Assembly: GCA_964472875.1 (NCBI GenBank)
Contig: CAYYMD010000008.1
Span: 2,414 to 66,413 of the forward strand
Direction of reading: 5' to 3'
Length of the DNA stretch: 64,000 bases
DNA from: an uncultured Planctomycetaceae bacterium
Lineage (GTDB): Bacteria > Planctomycetota > Phycisphaerae > SM23-33
Under the pieces are notes generated by a model. The model was not told where the DNA came from, made no database searches, and saw only the letters and a program-made list of their open reading frames with translations. The position numbers and the translations under genes were made by a program. Below, piece after piece: positions 49,038 through 57,914 of the stretch; position 1 is the first letter of the stretch; every line of letters starts with the position of its first letter.

Positions 49038-51764
49038 CTATTGCTCGAGTTGTTGCCGGGCCTGGGCTATGAGGGACTTCACCTCGTCGGTGTCTTTGTA
49101 TCTTTTGGCTATATTGAAATAGGCAATTGCGCCCTTGTAGTCATTGGCGTTCATTGCCTCACGACCTTTTTGGAGATTTTCCTCATAGTGGATTTCATCC
49201 GACAGCGCCTGAGTTTCTTTCGTATCGTTAATGTCCCGTGCCTGCTTGACGAGTTCCTTGGCATTAGCGAATTCGCGGTTTTCCAAAGCCGTCTTGGCCT
49301 GTGAGAGGTAGGATTTATACTTTCTCTCCCGCGTGGTTCTGGCCAGTTCAGCCGTGACCAGTTCTTTCTTGGAAGGGTCAATACTCCTGGCTTGTTCGAA
49401 TGCCGTGATGGCTTCTTTGTAATCGCCGTTGGCGCGGTGTTTTCTGCCTTCGTTAATTTTGATGCGGCTGCGACAGTCTTTTATTTTATCTTTGAGGGAA
49501 CTGTCGCTTTTGATTTTTGCGGCCTGCTGGTACAGTTCCAGGGCCTGTTCCCACTGTCCCTTGTTGTGGAGGCCGTCGGCCCGCCTGAGCAATCCCGCAA
49601 AGTCCTGTTCGCGGATTATCCTGTTGCGAAGCGATTTTGCCGCGGAGTTATCGGGATTATCGGCGAGTATTTTCTCCAGTTCCTTCAGCGCCTGGTCGTA
49701 TTTATTTTCGTCGTAGAGGCGCCGGGCACTGGTCAGCGACATTTCCGATTTGAGCCGGCTTATTTGATTCTCGAGTTCGGCTGACGGCTTGATATTGTTG
49801 GCCTTTTCCAGTGCTTCTATGCGGGCCGCCGTGTCGTTGTTCTGTTCGGCCTGGCGCGCCTCGGACATGGCGGCGGCGTAGCGGCTTTCCCTGTCCAGTT
49901 TTTCAATTTTTTCTTCTACAGTCTTCTGCAATTGGTTCCGCCGGGTAGCGGATAATTCCCGCGCAGTTTCGCTCTCGAGCATGGCCAGGGCGTCCTGGTA
50001 GGCAGTCCTCGCGGCAACGTAGTCGTCCTGGCCAAGCATTTCGTCGCCTTTGGAGACGTGCTCTTTAAACTGCTTTTCGAATTTCTTTTGTGTTGCCTCG
50101 GCCCTGAGTTGTCTCAGCCGCTGACGCTGCAGGGAAGTGAGCGTTAGGTTGGAGAGGTATTCGAGATTGTCTTCGGCCTCTGCGAAACGTTCCTCCTCGA
50201 GCGCGTTTTCAGCAGTTTGTATTTTGTCTTCGAAATCGCGGGTGTTCAGGCGATATTCCTCAAAGTCCCGGATTACGTTATCCATACGTGTGGTCCATTC
50301 CACGAACAGTTGGTTCTCGCTGCGCGCCTGAAGCTGCTGGATTCGTTCCGTGGCGTTGGATTCCTCCGCTGCCGCGGCGCTCCAGTTGCCGCGCAGTACG
50401 TTTATGTGTCCTCTGCACAGGTGAACCCATACGGATGCCTTGGCCGACTGGATGGTTCCTTTGAATCGCTGCTTTGTGGTCAGGTCCTGGAACCCGGCGA
50501 TGGCCTCGCGAAGTTTCTCGATGGCCTGATCCTTTTGGCCGATGTCGCGGGCCTCCAGGGCCTTTTCAAAATCGTCTTTGGCTTCCTCGAATGCCTGGGT
50601 GGCGGTTTTGCGCAGATTGGTCGCCTCCATGTGCTGTTTTACACCCCATGACACGCCGATGCCGATGATGCTTACTACAATAACGCCCAGCAATACGAGT
50701 TTTGTTCGCCTGGAGAGACCCTTGGAAGGAACGGGGGCGGTCGGCGGAGGGCCCTGCGGTTCTCGGGCTTCTTCGGCGGCTTCTTCGCCTTCACCACCGG
50801 CGGGTTGTTCGCCCGGCTGCTCCTGCGGCTGCATTTCTTCAGGAGGTCCGCCCACAGGCCCTGCCTGTGTCCCGCGGGCATGCCCCGAAAAGGCAGAGCG
50901 TATCGCCCTGCCCAGGATCTCCATATTTTCAAAACGCTGGTCGCGGTCCTTGGCCATCATTTTCGAGACGATGTCCGAAAGTGGCTTGGGCACCGAGGGA
51001 TTAATCTCGTGTGCTGGCGGGGCCTGGACTTTTTCGTTTCCGTGCCACTTCATCCAACGCAGGGCCTCGCTGTGGCGGTCACGCACAATATCCTGGAATA
51101 TTTCGTTGAACTTGTCCCTGCCTATGAGCATCTCGTAGGCGATAAAGCCCAGGGAATAAACATCCACCCGCTCGTCTATGTCCGTGCCGGCGAACAGTTC
51201 CGGGGCCATGTATTTGGTCGTGCCCAGCGGCAGAGACTCCTGGCCGGTTAATGTGGCGGCCACGCCGAAGTCGGTAATCTTCGCCCGCAGTCCCTCGCCG
51301 ACGATAATGTTGCCGGGTTTTATGTCGCGATGGATGATTCCCGCCGAGTGAACTGCGTTAAGCGCGGCGGCCAGTCGCCAGATTATCTGAAGCGTTGCCT
51401 TGGGGTCTACCGGCTGGCGGTTTTCCTCCAGAGACTGCTCCAGTGTGTGCCCTGCCACGAATTCCATAACAATAAACTGGCCTTGCTCGGTTTCCAGCAG
51501 TTCGTAGATATTGACAATGCCCGGCTGCTCCGGCGCAAGTTTGGCGAGGATTTGCGCCTCCTTGCGGAATCGCTTGAGCGATTCCTCGTCGGCGGCCAGT
51601 TGCATAGGCACCTGTTTGATGGCGACATTCCTGTCGAGCGTCGGGTCGTAACACTTATAGACGACGGCCTGTCCGCCGATTCCGAGCCGCTTGCGAACTT
51701 CGTATTTGCCGATTTTCGTGCCGGTCGGCATTCCCGGACCTTGTTGCGAGTTATTCTCAGGCAT
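49038..51764 (-). CDS. Hanks-type Ser/Thr protein kinase, single-pass, with a large periplasmic TPR-repeat domain
   Basis: Kinase subdomains LGIGGQAVVYKCYD, VAIKQV, HRDIKPGNIIV, DFGVA and TTKYMAPE. A Pro/Glu-rich linker and the TM helix LVLLGVIVVSIIGIGVSWGV precede a C-terminal region of about 550 aa of TPR-like repeats (AIAYFNIAKRYKDT etc.). Confidence 0.9.
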   Translation of the reverse strand: MPENNSQQGPGMPTGTKIGKYEVRKRLGIGGQAVVYKCYDPTLDRNVAIKQVPMQLAADEESLKRFRKEAQILAKLAPEQPGIVNIYELLETEQGQFIVMEFVAGHTLEQSLEENRQPVDPKATLQIIWRLAAALNAVHSAGIIHRDIKPGNIIVGEGLRAKITDFGVAATLTGQESLPLGTTKYMAPELFAGTDIDERVDVYSLGFIAYEMLIGRDKFNEIFQDIVRDRHSEALRWMKWHGNEKVQAPPAHEINPSVPKPLSDIVSKMMAKDRDQRFENMEILGRAIRSAFSGHARGTQAGPVGGPPEEMQPQEQPGEQPAGGEGEEAAEEAREPQGPPPTAPVPSKGLSRRTKLVLLGVIVVSIIGIGVSWGVKQHMEATNLRKTATQAFEEAKDDFEKALEARDIGQKDQAIEKLREAIAGFQDLTTKQRFKGTIQSAKASVWVHLCRGHINVLRGNWSAAAAEESNATERIQQLQARSENQLFVEWTTRMDNVIRDFEEYRLNTRDFEDKIQTAENALEEERFAEAEDNLEYLSNLTLTSLQRQRLRQLRAEATQKKFEKQFKEHVSKGDEMLGQDDYVAARTAYQDALAMLESETARELSATRRNQLQKTVEEKIEKLDRESRYAAAMSEARQAEQNNDTAARIEALEKANNIKPSAELENQISRLKSEMSLTSARRLYDENKYDQALKELEKILADNPDNSAAKSLRNRIIREQDFAGLLRRADGLHNKGQWEQALELYQQAAKIKSDSSLKDKIKDCRSRIKINEGRKHRANGDYKEAITAFEQARSIDPSKKELVTAELARTTRERKYKSYLSQAKTALENREFANAKELVKQARDINDTKETQALSDEIHYEENLQKGREAMNANDYKGAIAYFNIAKRYKDTDEVKSLIAQARQQLEQ

Positions 51765-51795
51765 TAATTAATATTTCCGTTATATCTTTTATAGT

Positions 51796-52686
51796 TCATT
51801 CGTCCCACGTCTCGACGTCGACATAATCCTGCGGTCCTTCGTTCGGCATGCGGCAGTGTGCGACTATGTCAATACCATAATCGCCGGCGCCGAAGTCCAG
51901 TTGCTTTCCGCCGCTTAAGACCGCAAAAACCCGGTCGGCATACGGCACCGATAAATACAGCGTATGTCTGACGGTTACTTTAAGGTCCTCATCCTTGGCG
52001 TATTTGTTGCCGCCACCGGCGGGCGGGGCCAGTGTAACGTCCGTATACTGGCGGGCGTAGTAAAGTTTTTTGCCCAGGTAATCCCTGGCCCACTTGGGCG
52101 TTGTTTTATTATAACGGCTGAACAGCTGCTGCAGCCCTTGCTGAAGTACGGCCGAATCTCCATCCGGCAATTCTTCGCTGGATGATGACACAGGCAACAC
52201 TGCCCATACGGCCGCATCCTCTATCATCCGCATCTTGGGCGATGCGTCGCCGGGGTACACTTCGTTGGGCGGCTCTTGGGGGAAGATATTCATCGGCACC
52301 GCCACGACCGCGCTGCGCGCTCCGCAGTAAGCCGCATAATGAACGGACATGTTTCCTGTCATCAGAAACATGCACTGGGTCATTATCATAACCAGCATAA
52401 GAGCAAACGGCAGCACCAGTGCGAATTCAAGTATCGCAACACCGCTTTGCGGGGATGGCCTTCGCCGGCGCCGTCCGGCCATCCACATCACACCGCACAG
52501 TCCAACCAGGGCCACGGCGCAAAACAGCATTACAACCCCGGCCAGTATGGAAATCCTGCTGAACAGTGCACGTCGTATCCACGGCGTTTTCGCGGCGGCA
52601 AATACGGCGGCCGCGCCGGCCGAAAGCAGCAGCACCGCAACGGCTGCGATAAACGCAACACGTCCTGTTCGCCATTTGCCGTTCAT
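51796..52686 (-). CDS. TadE-like protein with extra N-terminal TM segment
   Basis: SGVAILEFALVLPFALMLVMIMTQ matches the TadE N-terminal motif, preceded by an additional hydrophobic segment. Confidence 0.55.
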   Translation of the reverse strand: MNGKWRTGRVAFIAAVAVLLLSAGAAAVFAAAKTPWIRRALFSRISILAGVVMLFCAVALVGLCGVMWMAGRRRRRPSPQSGVAILEFALVLPFALMLVMIMTQCMFLMTGNMSVHYAAYCGARSAVVAVPMNIFPQEPPNEVYPGDASPKMRMIEDAAVWAVLPVSSSSEELPDGDSAVLQQGLQQLFSRYNKTTPKWARDYLGKKLYYARQYTDVTLAPPAGGGNKYAKDEDLKVTVRHTLYLSVPYADRVFAVLSGGKQLDFGAGDYGIDIVAHCRMPNEGPQDYVDVETWDE

Positions 52687-52689
52687 AAT

Positions 52690-53277
52690 TTAAAATCCAA
52701 GAATACCCCTGGCCGCCGGACCACCGAGCAGAACATCGACCAGTGCCCCGGCAGCGCCGATACAAAGCGCCAGGCCGAAAGGTATTTTAGGGCTCTCCGG
52801 CGAAGAGGGGCCCGCCGGTTTGCCCCGCGCAAACAAAAGGTAAAGGAATCGCAGTATCCGGCCCAGTGTGCGTTTTGTTATTTTCTTTTTCAACATTACC
52901 GCCAGGGCCATCACAGCGGCGACCGCAAAACCGTAAAAAAGAGTCGCCAGCGCCACTCCCGTGCCGCCGAGAGCGCCGACAGCGGCCATAAGTTTCACAT
53001 CGCCGCCGCCTATGCCTCCGGCCAGCCACGCCAGAAGTAGTGGCCCTGCGCCTACCAATACGCCCAGGGCCGCGCCGGCCAAACCTATGGACGCTGCCGA
53101 CTGTTTGCCGCTTATCCCGCCCAGGAATGTATGGCCGACGAGTCCGACGATTAAAGCCGGATATGTTATCACATTGTATATTTTGCCGCTGCGAACGTCG
53201 ACAATTGCGGATAACAACACCACTACGCCAAGAATCACAAGCGGCCAGTATTTGGCGAAATCAAACCACACACGCAA
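52690..53277 (-). CDS. tadV: Prepilin peptidase of the A24 family (CpaA/TadV type)
   Basis: 195 aa polytopic membrane protein. The conserved Asp context SAIVDVRSGKIYN and second Asp region resemble CpaA. Confidence 0.75.
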   Translation of the reverse strand: MRVWFDFAKYWPLVILGVVVLLSAIVDVRSGKIYNVITYPALIVGLVGHTFLGGISGKQSAASIGLAGAALGVLVGAGPLLLAWLAGGIGGGDVKLMAAVGALGGTGVALATLFYGFAVAAVMALAVMLKKKITKRTLGRILRFLYLLFARGKPAGPSSPESPKIPFGLALCIGAAGALVDVLLGGPAARGILGF

Positions 53278-53324
53278 ACCTCAGTCGGCGTCGCGCAATT
53301 TCAAACCGTTGATGAAAAGGCCGA

Positions 53325-53537
53325 CTAATCGGGCATAGTTTCTTCGGCGGATCCTCTGATCCGGCTGAAAAGATCGAGCACCCATTGCTTGATATCGCCG
53401 CCGAACCACACTACCAGCCCAAGCAGAGGCAGGGCGATGGCGGCTATGACAAGGATATACTCAATCATGTCAGCGCCTTGTTGGTCCCGATTGAGTGTGC
53501 GGAGTTTATTCATCATGCGTTTTACATTTTTTTTCAT
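53325..53537 (-). CDS. flp: Flp/Fap pilin (Flp1)
   Basis: 70 aa. Leader MKKNVKRMMNKLRTLNRDQQG, then ADMIEYILVIAAIALPLLGLV matching the Flp G/XXXXEY processing motif. RBS GGAGAGG upstream of the ATG at 53537. Confidence 0.8.
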   Translation of the reverse strand: MKKNVKRMMNKLRTLNRDQQGADMIEYILVIAAIALPLLGLVVWFGGDIKQWVLDLFSRIRGSAEETMPD

Positions 53538-53590
53538 TGGTTTCACCTCTCCGGCCGGTAACTTACAAATACTTCCTTCCTCGCCGGCCG

Positions 53591-53776
53591 TTACGGGAAG
53601 GGAAGGGTATGCAGAAATACCACCATACCGTAATGCACTGCCAGTAAATCCAGCAGCATTCTTATAACGTAAGCCATCGGCAACACGAAGGCCGCCAGTA
53701 GAAGCGCCCATTCTATGGTCGTCTGCCCCGCCTGGTTGGTTGCCGAAAGCGAGAAAAATTTTGCTATTGCCGTCAC
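53591..53776 (-). CDS. flp: Flp-like pilin variant (Flp2) with E-W in place of E-Y
   Basis: 61 aa. Leader ...ATNQAG then QTTIEWALLLAAFVLP. Start overlaps the upstream ATPase stop by 4 nt. Confidence 0.65.
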   Translation of the reverse strand: MTAIAKFFSLSATNQAGQTTIEWALLLAAFVLPMAYVIRMLLDLLAVHYGMVVFLHTLPFP

Positions 53777-54921
53777 TTCGCCACCGTTTCTTTATCGGCA
53801 TCCGCCGATGCCGCATCGAAAATTTCTTTCGTCAAATTCATCGAATTCCGAAGCATCCTGATTTTCGGCTCCCTGGAGAACGTGGATTGTTCTCCGGTCC
53901 ACCGCAGTTTTCCGGTTTCGTCCTTGGCCCTGGTGTCGTCGCCAAGACGATAGGAGAAGATATCCTTTACCTGGTACCTGCCCTCGGTGTCCAGCGGCAG
54001 GACCTCCGCCAGTTGTGTTATCTTCCTGCTTCCGTCGGAAAAACGCGTGGTCAGGGCTATAACATCAATGGCCGAGGCAATTTGTGCCCGCAGGGCATAA
54101 AGTGGCAACTCGACCTTTGACATCATCGCCAGCGTCTCCAGGCGGTTCAGCGCGTCCATGGCCACGTTTGCGTGCAGCGTGGACATGCTTCCGGCATGGC
54201 CGGAGGTCATCGCCTGTATCATGTCCAAGGCTTCGCCGCCGCGGACCTCGCCGATTACCACGCGGTCCGGCCTTAGCCGCAGAGACGAGCGGAACAGGTC
54301 GCGGATGGTTACTTCGCCGCGGCCCCAGCGGTCAGGCGGGCGCGACTCAAGCGATATCACGTGCTCCTGCTGCATCTGCAACTCGGCCGAGTCCTCTATC
54401 ACAACTATACGCTGGTGGTGGGGGATGAAACTGCTCAGGACGTTCAGCAGGCACGTCTTGCCGCTGGAGGTGCCGCCGGCAACGAGTATGTTCTTCTCGC
54501 CCAGCACGCATATCTTCAGATATTCCTCTGCCTGTTCGGTCCACGTTCCAAGCTCCACCAGGTGGTCGGCGTCGAAGGCGGTGCGGGCGAACTTTCTTAT
54601 GGTCATGCACGTGCCGTGGCGGGAAAGCGGTGCCATGATTATGTGCACCCTGCTGCCGTCCGGAAGGCGGGAGTCCATCAGCGGAAGTTCCGGGTTCATG
54701 CGCTTTCCGGTGTATTGGAGCACGTTGTTGACGGCCACCATCAGCGCGTCGGCGTCTTCGAATTTCGCATCGGTTTTTGTAATTTTGCCGGACCGCTCTA
54801 TGTAAATCTCATTCGGATTGTTTATCATGATTTCCGAAACTTCCGGATCCCGGACATACTCTATAACCGGCTCAAGAAAGTGCTCTATGGTACTTTCGTA
54901 AATGTTCGTATTTGCCGACAT
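53773..54921 (-). CDS. cpaF: Second CpaF/TadA-family ATPase (minimal, 382 aa, no FHA domain)
   Basis: Walker A LVAGGTSSGKTCLLN, VVIEDSAELQM, Walker B VVIGEVRGGEA. First gene of the minus-strand Tad operon. Confidence 0.9.
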   Translation of the reverse strand: MSANTNIYESTIEHFLEPVIEYVRDPEVSEIMINNPNEIYIERSGKITKTDAKFEDADALMVAVNNVLQYTGKRMNPELPLMDSRLPDGSRVHIIMAPLSRHGTCMTIRKFARTAFDADHLVELGTWTEQAEEYLKICVLGEKNILVAGGTSSGKTCLLNVLSSFIPHHQRIVVIEDSAELQMQQEHVISLESRPPDRWGRGEVTIRDLFRSSLRLRPDRVVIGEVRGGEALDMIQAMTSGHAGSMSTLHANVAMDALNRLETLAMMSKVELPLYALRAQIASAIDVIALTTRFSDGSRKITQLAEVLPLDTEGRYQVKDIFSYRLGDDTRAKDETGKLRWTGEQSTFSREPKIRMLRNSMNLTKEIFDAASADADKETVAK

Positions 54922-55219
54922 AATTCACTCTGCAGGCCGCTACCTGTTTTCAACCGCGGCCGCTTTACGTAACATATGCGAGATAACACATATAACTTTC
55001 ACTACTATAGTTTACAAGGATTTTACCCTTATAACAAGTTAAACAATTTTGTCTGCGGCAAAGTGTCGAATGATTTTCAAAATTCCCTTAATAGGATGGA
55101 TTGCCACGAATTGCGGCGAAGTTGTATAATTCATGAGGTTGATTCGTGTCATCAGTAACTCAAAATAACGAAGCCATCAATTGCATCGCGTTCTGTAACA
55201 TAATGCGGAGGCGACGGGC

Positions 55220-56494
55220 ATGAACTGGGGCGTATTCCTGGGCCATAACGCCTGGCAACTTGTCCTGATGGCGTGCCTGCTGGTGGGCTCTGCATTTTTC
55301 AGCGGGTCGGAGACGGCGTTTTTCTCGCTGTCGGCGGCAAAACTCCATCATCTGGAGCGGACTCCTGCCGGGGCGCTGGTGACCGGTCTGATGCGCAACC
55401 GCAGGAAAACCCTCAACACCATTCTGCTGGGCAACATGCTGGTCAACGTGGGTTTCGCCGCGTTTTCAGCAATGTTGGTGGTCCGCATGAAGCGGATGGA
55501 TGCGTCTTCGCTGGTGCTGGCGTTCGGGACGGTGCTGCCGCTGGTGCTGCTGATATTAGTGGGGGAAATTTCACCCAAGGCCATAGCGCTGGTGTGGGGA
55601 CCGCGTTGGTCGATTGCGGCCGCTGCGCCTCTGGCAGTGGCGCAGAAGGTCCTGGCCCCGCTGGTGTGGCTTATGGATGGCGTTATCATCTGCCCGCTGA
55701 CGCGATTATCGGCGCCTCGTGCATTGGCGCCGGCGGCTATTACCGCTGATGAACTCGCGGCCGCATTGGAAATATCCGCCAAGCGGGGCGTAATCGACCG
55801 CCATGCGAATTCGCTGCTGCAGGAAATTGTGGAACTGACTGACCTGCGGGTGGGCGACGTGATGGTCCCGCGGGTTGATATGGTCGCCTACGACGTCAAC
55901 GCCCCTCCTGAGGGGCTGGCGGAGCTGTTCCGCCGCACGCACCTGCGCAAGATTCCCGTTTTCAACGGCGACATGGACAACATTCTTGGCGTTATCCACG
56001 CAAAGCGGCTGCTGCTGCAGAGCCGCCCGCCCGAGCTCCGCCAACTGGTGGCGCATGTGCCCTTTGTTCCGGAGCCGGCCACGCTCGAGCGGACGCTGGC
56101 GCAGTTCAGACAGACGCGAACACAGATGGCCGTGGTGGTGGATGAGTACGGCGGCACGGCCGGACTCATAACACTGGAGGATATTCTTGAGGAAATCGTC
56201 GGCGACATACCAGACAAGCACGAAATCGGGCAGGTCCCGCCTGTGAGACAGATTCGCAGAAATCTATACATGGTCAACGGCGACCTGGGCATTCACGATC
56301 TGGCCGAGGCGCTCGGCATTGACCTCTCGGGCCGGCGCATAAGCACCGTCAGCGGGTTCGTAACGTCGCTTCTGGGGCGGATACCCATGCCGCACGACGA
56401 GATTTGCTACCGCAACCTGCGATTCGAGGTCCAGGCCATGCGGCGCAGGCGGGTGGAGAAGGTTTCGCTGAAACTGTTGGAGGAAAACGCATGA
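55220..56494 (+). CDS. CNNM/CorC-family transporter (DUF21 + CBS pair + CorC_HlyC domain), hemolysin-family protein
   Basis: DUF21 N-terminus SAFFSGSETAFFSLS, CBS pair, and C-terminal transporter-associated domain. Confidence 0.8.
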   Translation: MNWGVFLGHNAWQLVLMACLLVGSAFFSGSETAFFSLSAAKLHHLERTPAGALVTGLMRNRRKTLNTILLGNMLVNVGFAAFSAMLVVRMKRMDASSLVLAFGTVLPLVLLILVGEISPKAIALVWGPRWSIAAAAPLAVAQKVLAPLVWLMDGVIICPLTRLSAPRALAPAAITADELAAALEISAKRGVIDRHANSLLQEIVELTDLRVGDVMVPRVDMVAYDVNAPPEGLAELFRRTHLRKIPVFNGDMDNILGVIHAKRLLLQSRPPELRQLVAHVPFVPEPATLERTLAQFRQTRTQMAVVVDEYGGTAGLITLEDILEEIVGDIPDKHEIGQVPPVRQIRRNLYMVNGDLGIHDLAEALGIDLSGRRISTVSGFVTSLLGRIPMPHDEICYRNLRFEVQAMRRRRVEKVSLKLLEENA

Positions 56495-57492
56495 TAGCCG
56501 CGGCATGGATAACCTGGGCGCTGCTGTGGCTGGGATTGCTGGCGGGCCTGTTGTTCTCCGCGCTTTACAGCGGGATGGAGACGGGAGTGTACGTGCTGAA
56601 CAAGATTCGCCTGGACCTGCTGGCTGAATCGGGGCGAAAGTCCGCAGGCGTGCTGCGCAGGATACTGGCCGCCCCGACCAATCTTCTGGCCGTGCTGCTG
56701 GTGGGTAACAACCTGGCCAATTACGCTACCACGTTCGTGGTCAGCACCATGTTCGTGCTGACAGGGCGCGAACGTTTCGCAGAGCTGTATACCCTGGCAG
56801 TGGCCACGCCGCTTTTGTTCGTATTAGGAGAATCGGTTCCCAAAAACATATTCCAAACGCGCCATTTGGGCAGCGAGACACTCACATTGCGGCTGACGTG
56901 GCTGCTGAAGATTTCCAGTTGGATTTACAACGCCACCGGAATGGCGCCGCTTGTGCGGGGGTTCTCGGCCGTGCTACTGCGGCTGCTGCGCGCCGATACC
57001 GGCGGCAGGAGTCCGCTGGCGCACAAGGGTGTCTCGGCCGCTGTGGCCGAGGGCGCCGCCAGCGGCGTGCTGACGCAGTTCCAGTCGCTGATGGCCGACC
57101 GCGTCATTAACATAAGGCAGATAAGTTTGTGGGATGCGATGAAGCCCATGAGCGAGGTCGTTACTATCTCTCATGACTCCGGCCGCGAAAGCATCCTGGA
57201 GACCGTTACGAATCATAATTTCACGAGATTTCCGCTGGTCGGCTCCGACGGCAACATCACCGGCATAATTGACATATACGACGTTCTCACGGCCGATGAA
57301 AACGGCTCATCCGCCACTGCGGCCGCCAGGCCGCTGATACTGCGCGCCTCGATGACCATCTCTGACGCGCTCTACCGCATGCAGCGAGAACACACTGCAA
57401 TGGCCGTAGTCGCACAGGGACAAAAGCATGTCGGTATCGTCACCATAAAAGACCTCGTGGAGGAAATTGTCGGTGAACTTGAAGCGTGGTGA
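56491..57492 (+). CDS. CNNM-type DUF21 + CBS-pair protein (paralog lacking the CorC_HlyC C-terminal domain)
   Basis: FSALYSGMETGVYVLNKIRL (DUF21) and a CBS pair. The ATG overlaps the upstream stop (ATGA), so the two are translationally coupled tandem paralogs. Confidence 0.7.
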   Translation: MIAAAWITWALLWLGLLAGLLFSALYSGMETGVYVLNKIRLDLLAESGRKSAGVLRRILAAPTNLLAVLLVGNNLANYATTFVVSTMFVLTGRERFAELYTLAVATPLLFVLGESVPKNIFQTRHLGSETLTLRLTWLLKISSWIYNATGMAPLVRGFSAVLLRLLRADTGGRSPLAHKGVSAAVAEGAASGVLTQFQSLMADRVINIRQISLWDAMKPMSEVVTISHDSGRESILETVTNHNFTRFPLVGSDGNITGIIDIYDVLTADENGSSATAAARPLILRASMTISDALYRMQREHTAMAVVAQGQKHVGIVTIKDLVEEIVGELEAW

Positions 57493-57527
57493 AAGAAGTG
57501 TATAAGTAATCAATCATATATGTTCAT

Positions 57528-57543
57528 TCCCGATAAATCGGGA
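57528..57543. terminator. Perfect 7-2-7 palindrome between convergent genes (likely bidirectional terminator hairpin)
   Basis: TCCCGAT-aa-ATCGGGA. Confidence 0.4.
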
Positions 57544-57559
57544 TTAATCCCCGCTAATC

Positions 57560-57901
57560 TCAGCATGTCAGGTGAAGTGCTGCGGCGACGTTGTCTTTTT
57601 GAGACAGTTCGTTAAAGAGTTTAACCGCTTCGGTGGTCTTGCCCACCTTTGTCTCGATGCCGTGTGCGGTAAGATGCTCTATCGTCTCTTTCGACACGTT
57701 CATTCTTCCGTTGTGGCCGGTGCCGATTATCAGCAGTGAGGGCCCGCGGGATATTACGCCGGCCAGGTCTTCAGGGACGAGATTGTGCCCGCTTTGTCGC
57801 CACCAGCCGCCCTCCACACCGTCGGGGTGGATTATCACGTCGTTATCGTATGCCTTGCCGTCTATAACGATTCGCCCGAATTTGTAATCGTCAATTTTCA
57901 T
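57560..57901 (-). CDS. Mth938/AAMDC-like domain protein (DUF498)
   Basis: 113 aa, ending LHLTC (compare the eukaryotic AAMDC end ...FHSTC). The internal LLIIGTGHNGRMNVSKETIEHLTAHGIE parallels AAMDC's VLVIGRGMSEALKV...EYLKKHGID. Confidence 0.55.
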   Translation of the reverse strand: MKIDDYKFGRIVIDGKAYDNDVIIHPDGVEGGWWRQSGHNLVPEDLAGVISRGPSLLIIGTGHNGRMNVSKETIEHLTAHGIETKVGKTTEAVKLFNELSQKDNVAAALHLTC

Positions 57902-57914
57902 GGCCGCTCGCGTC

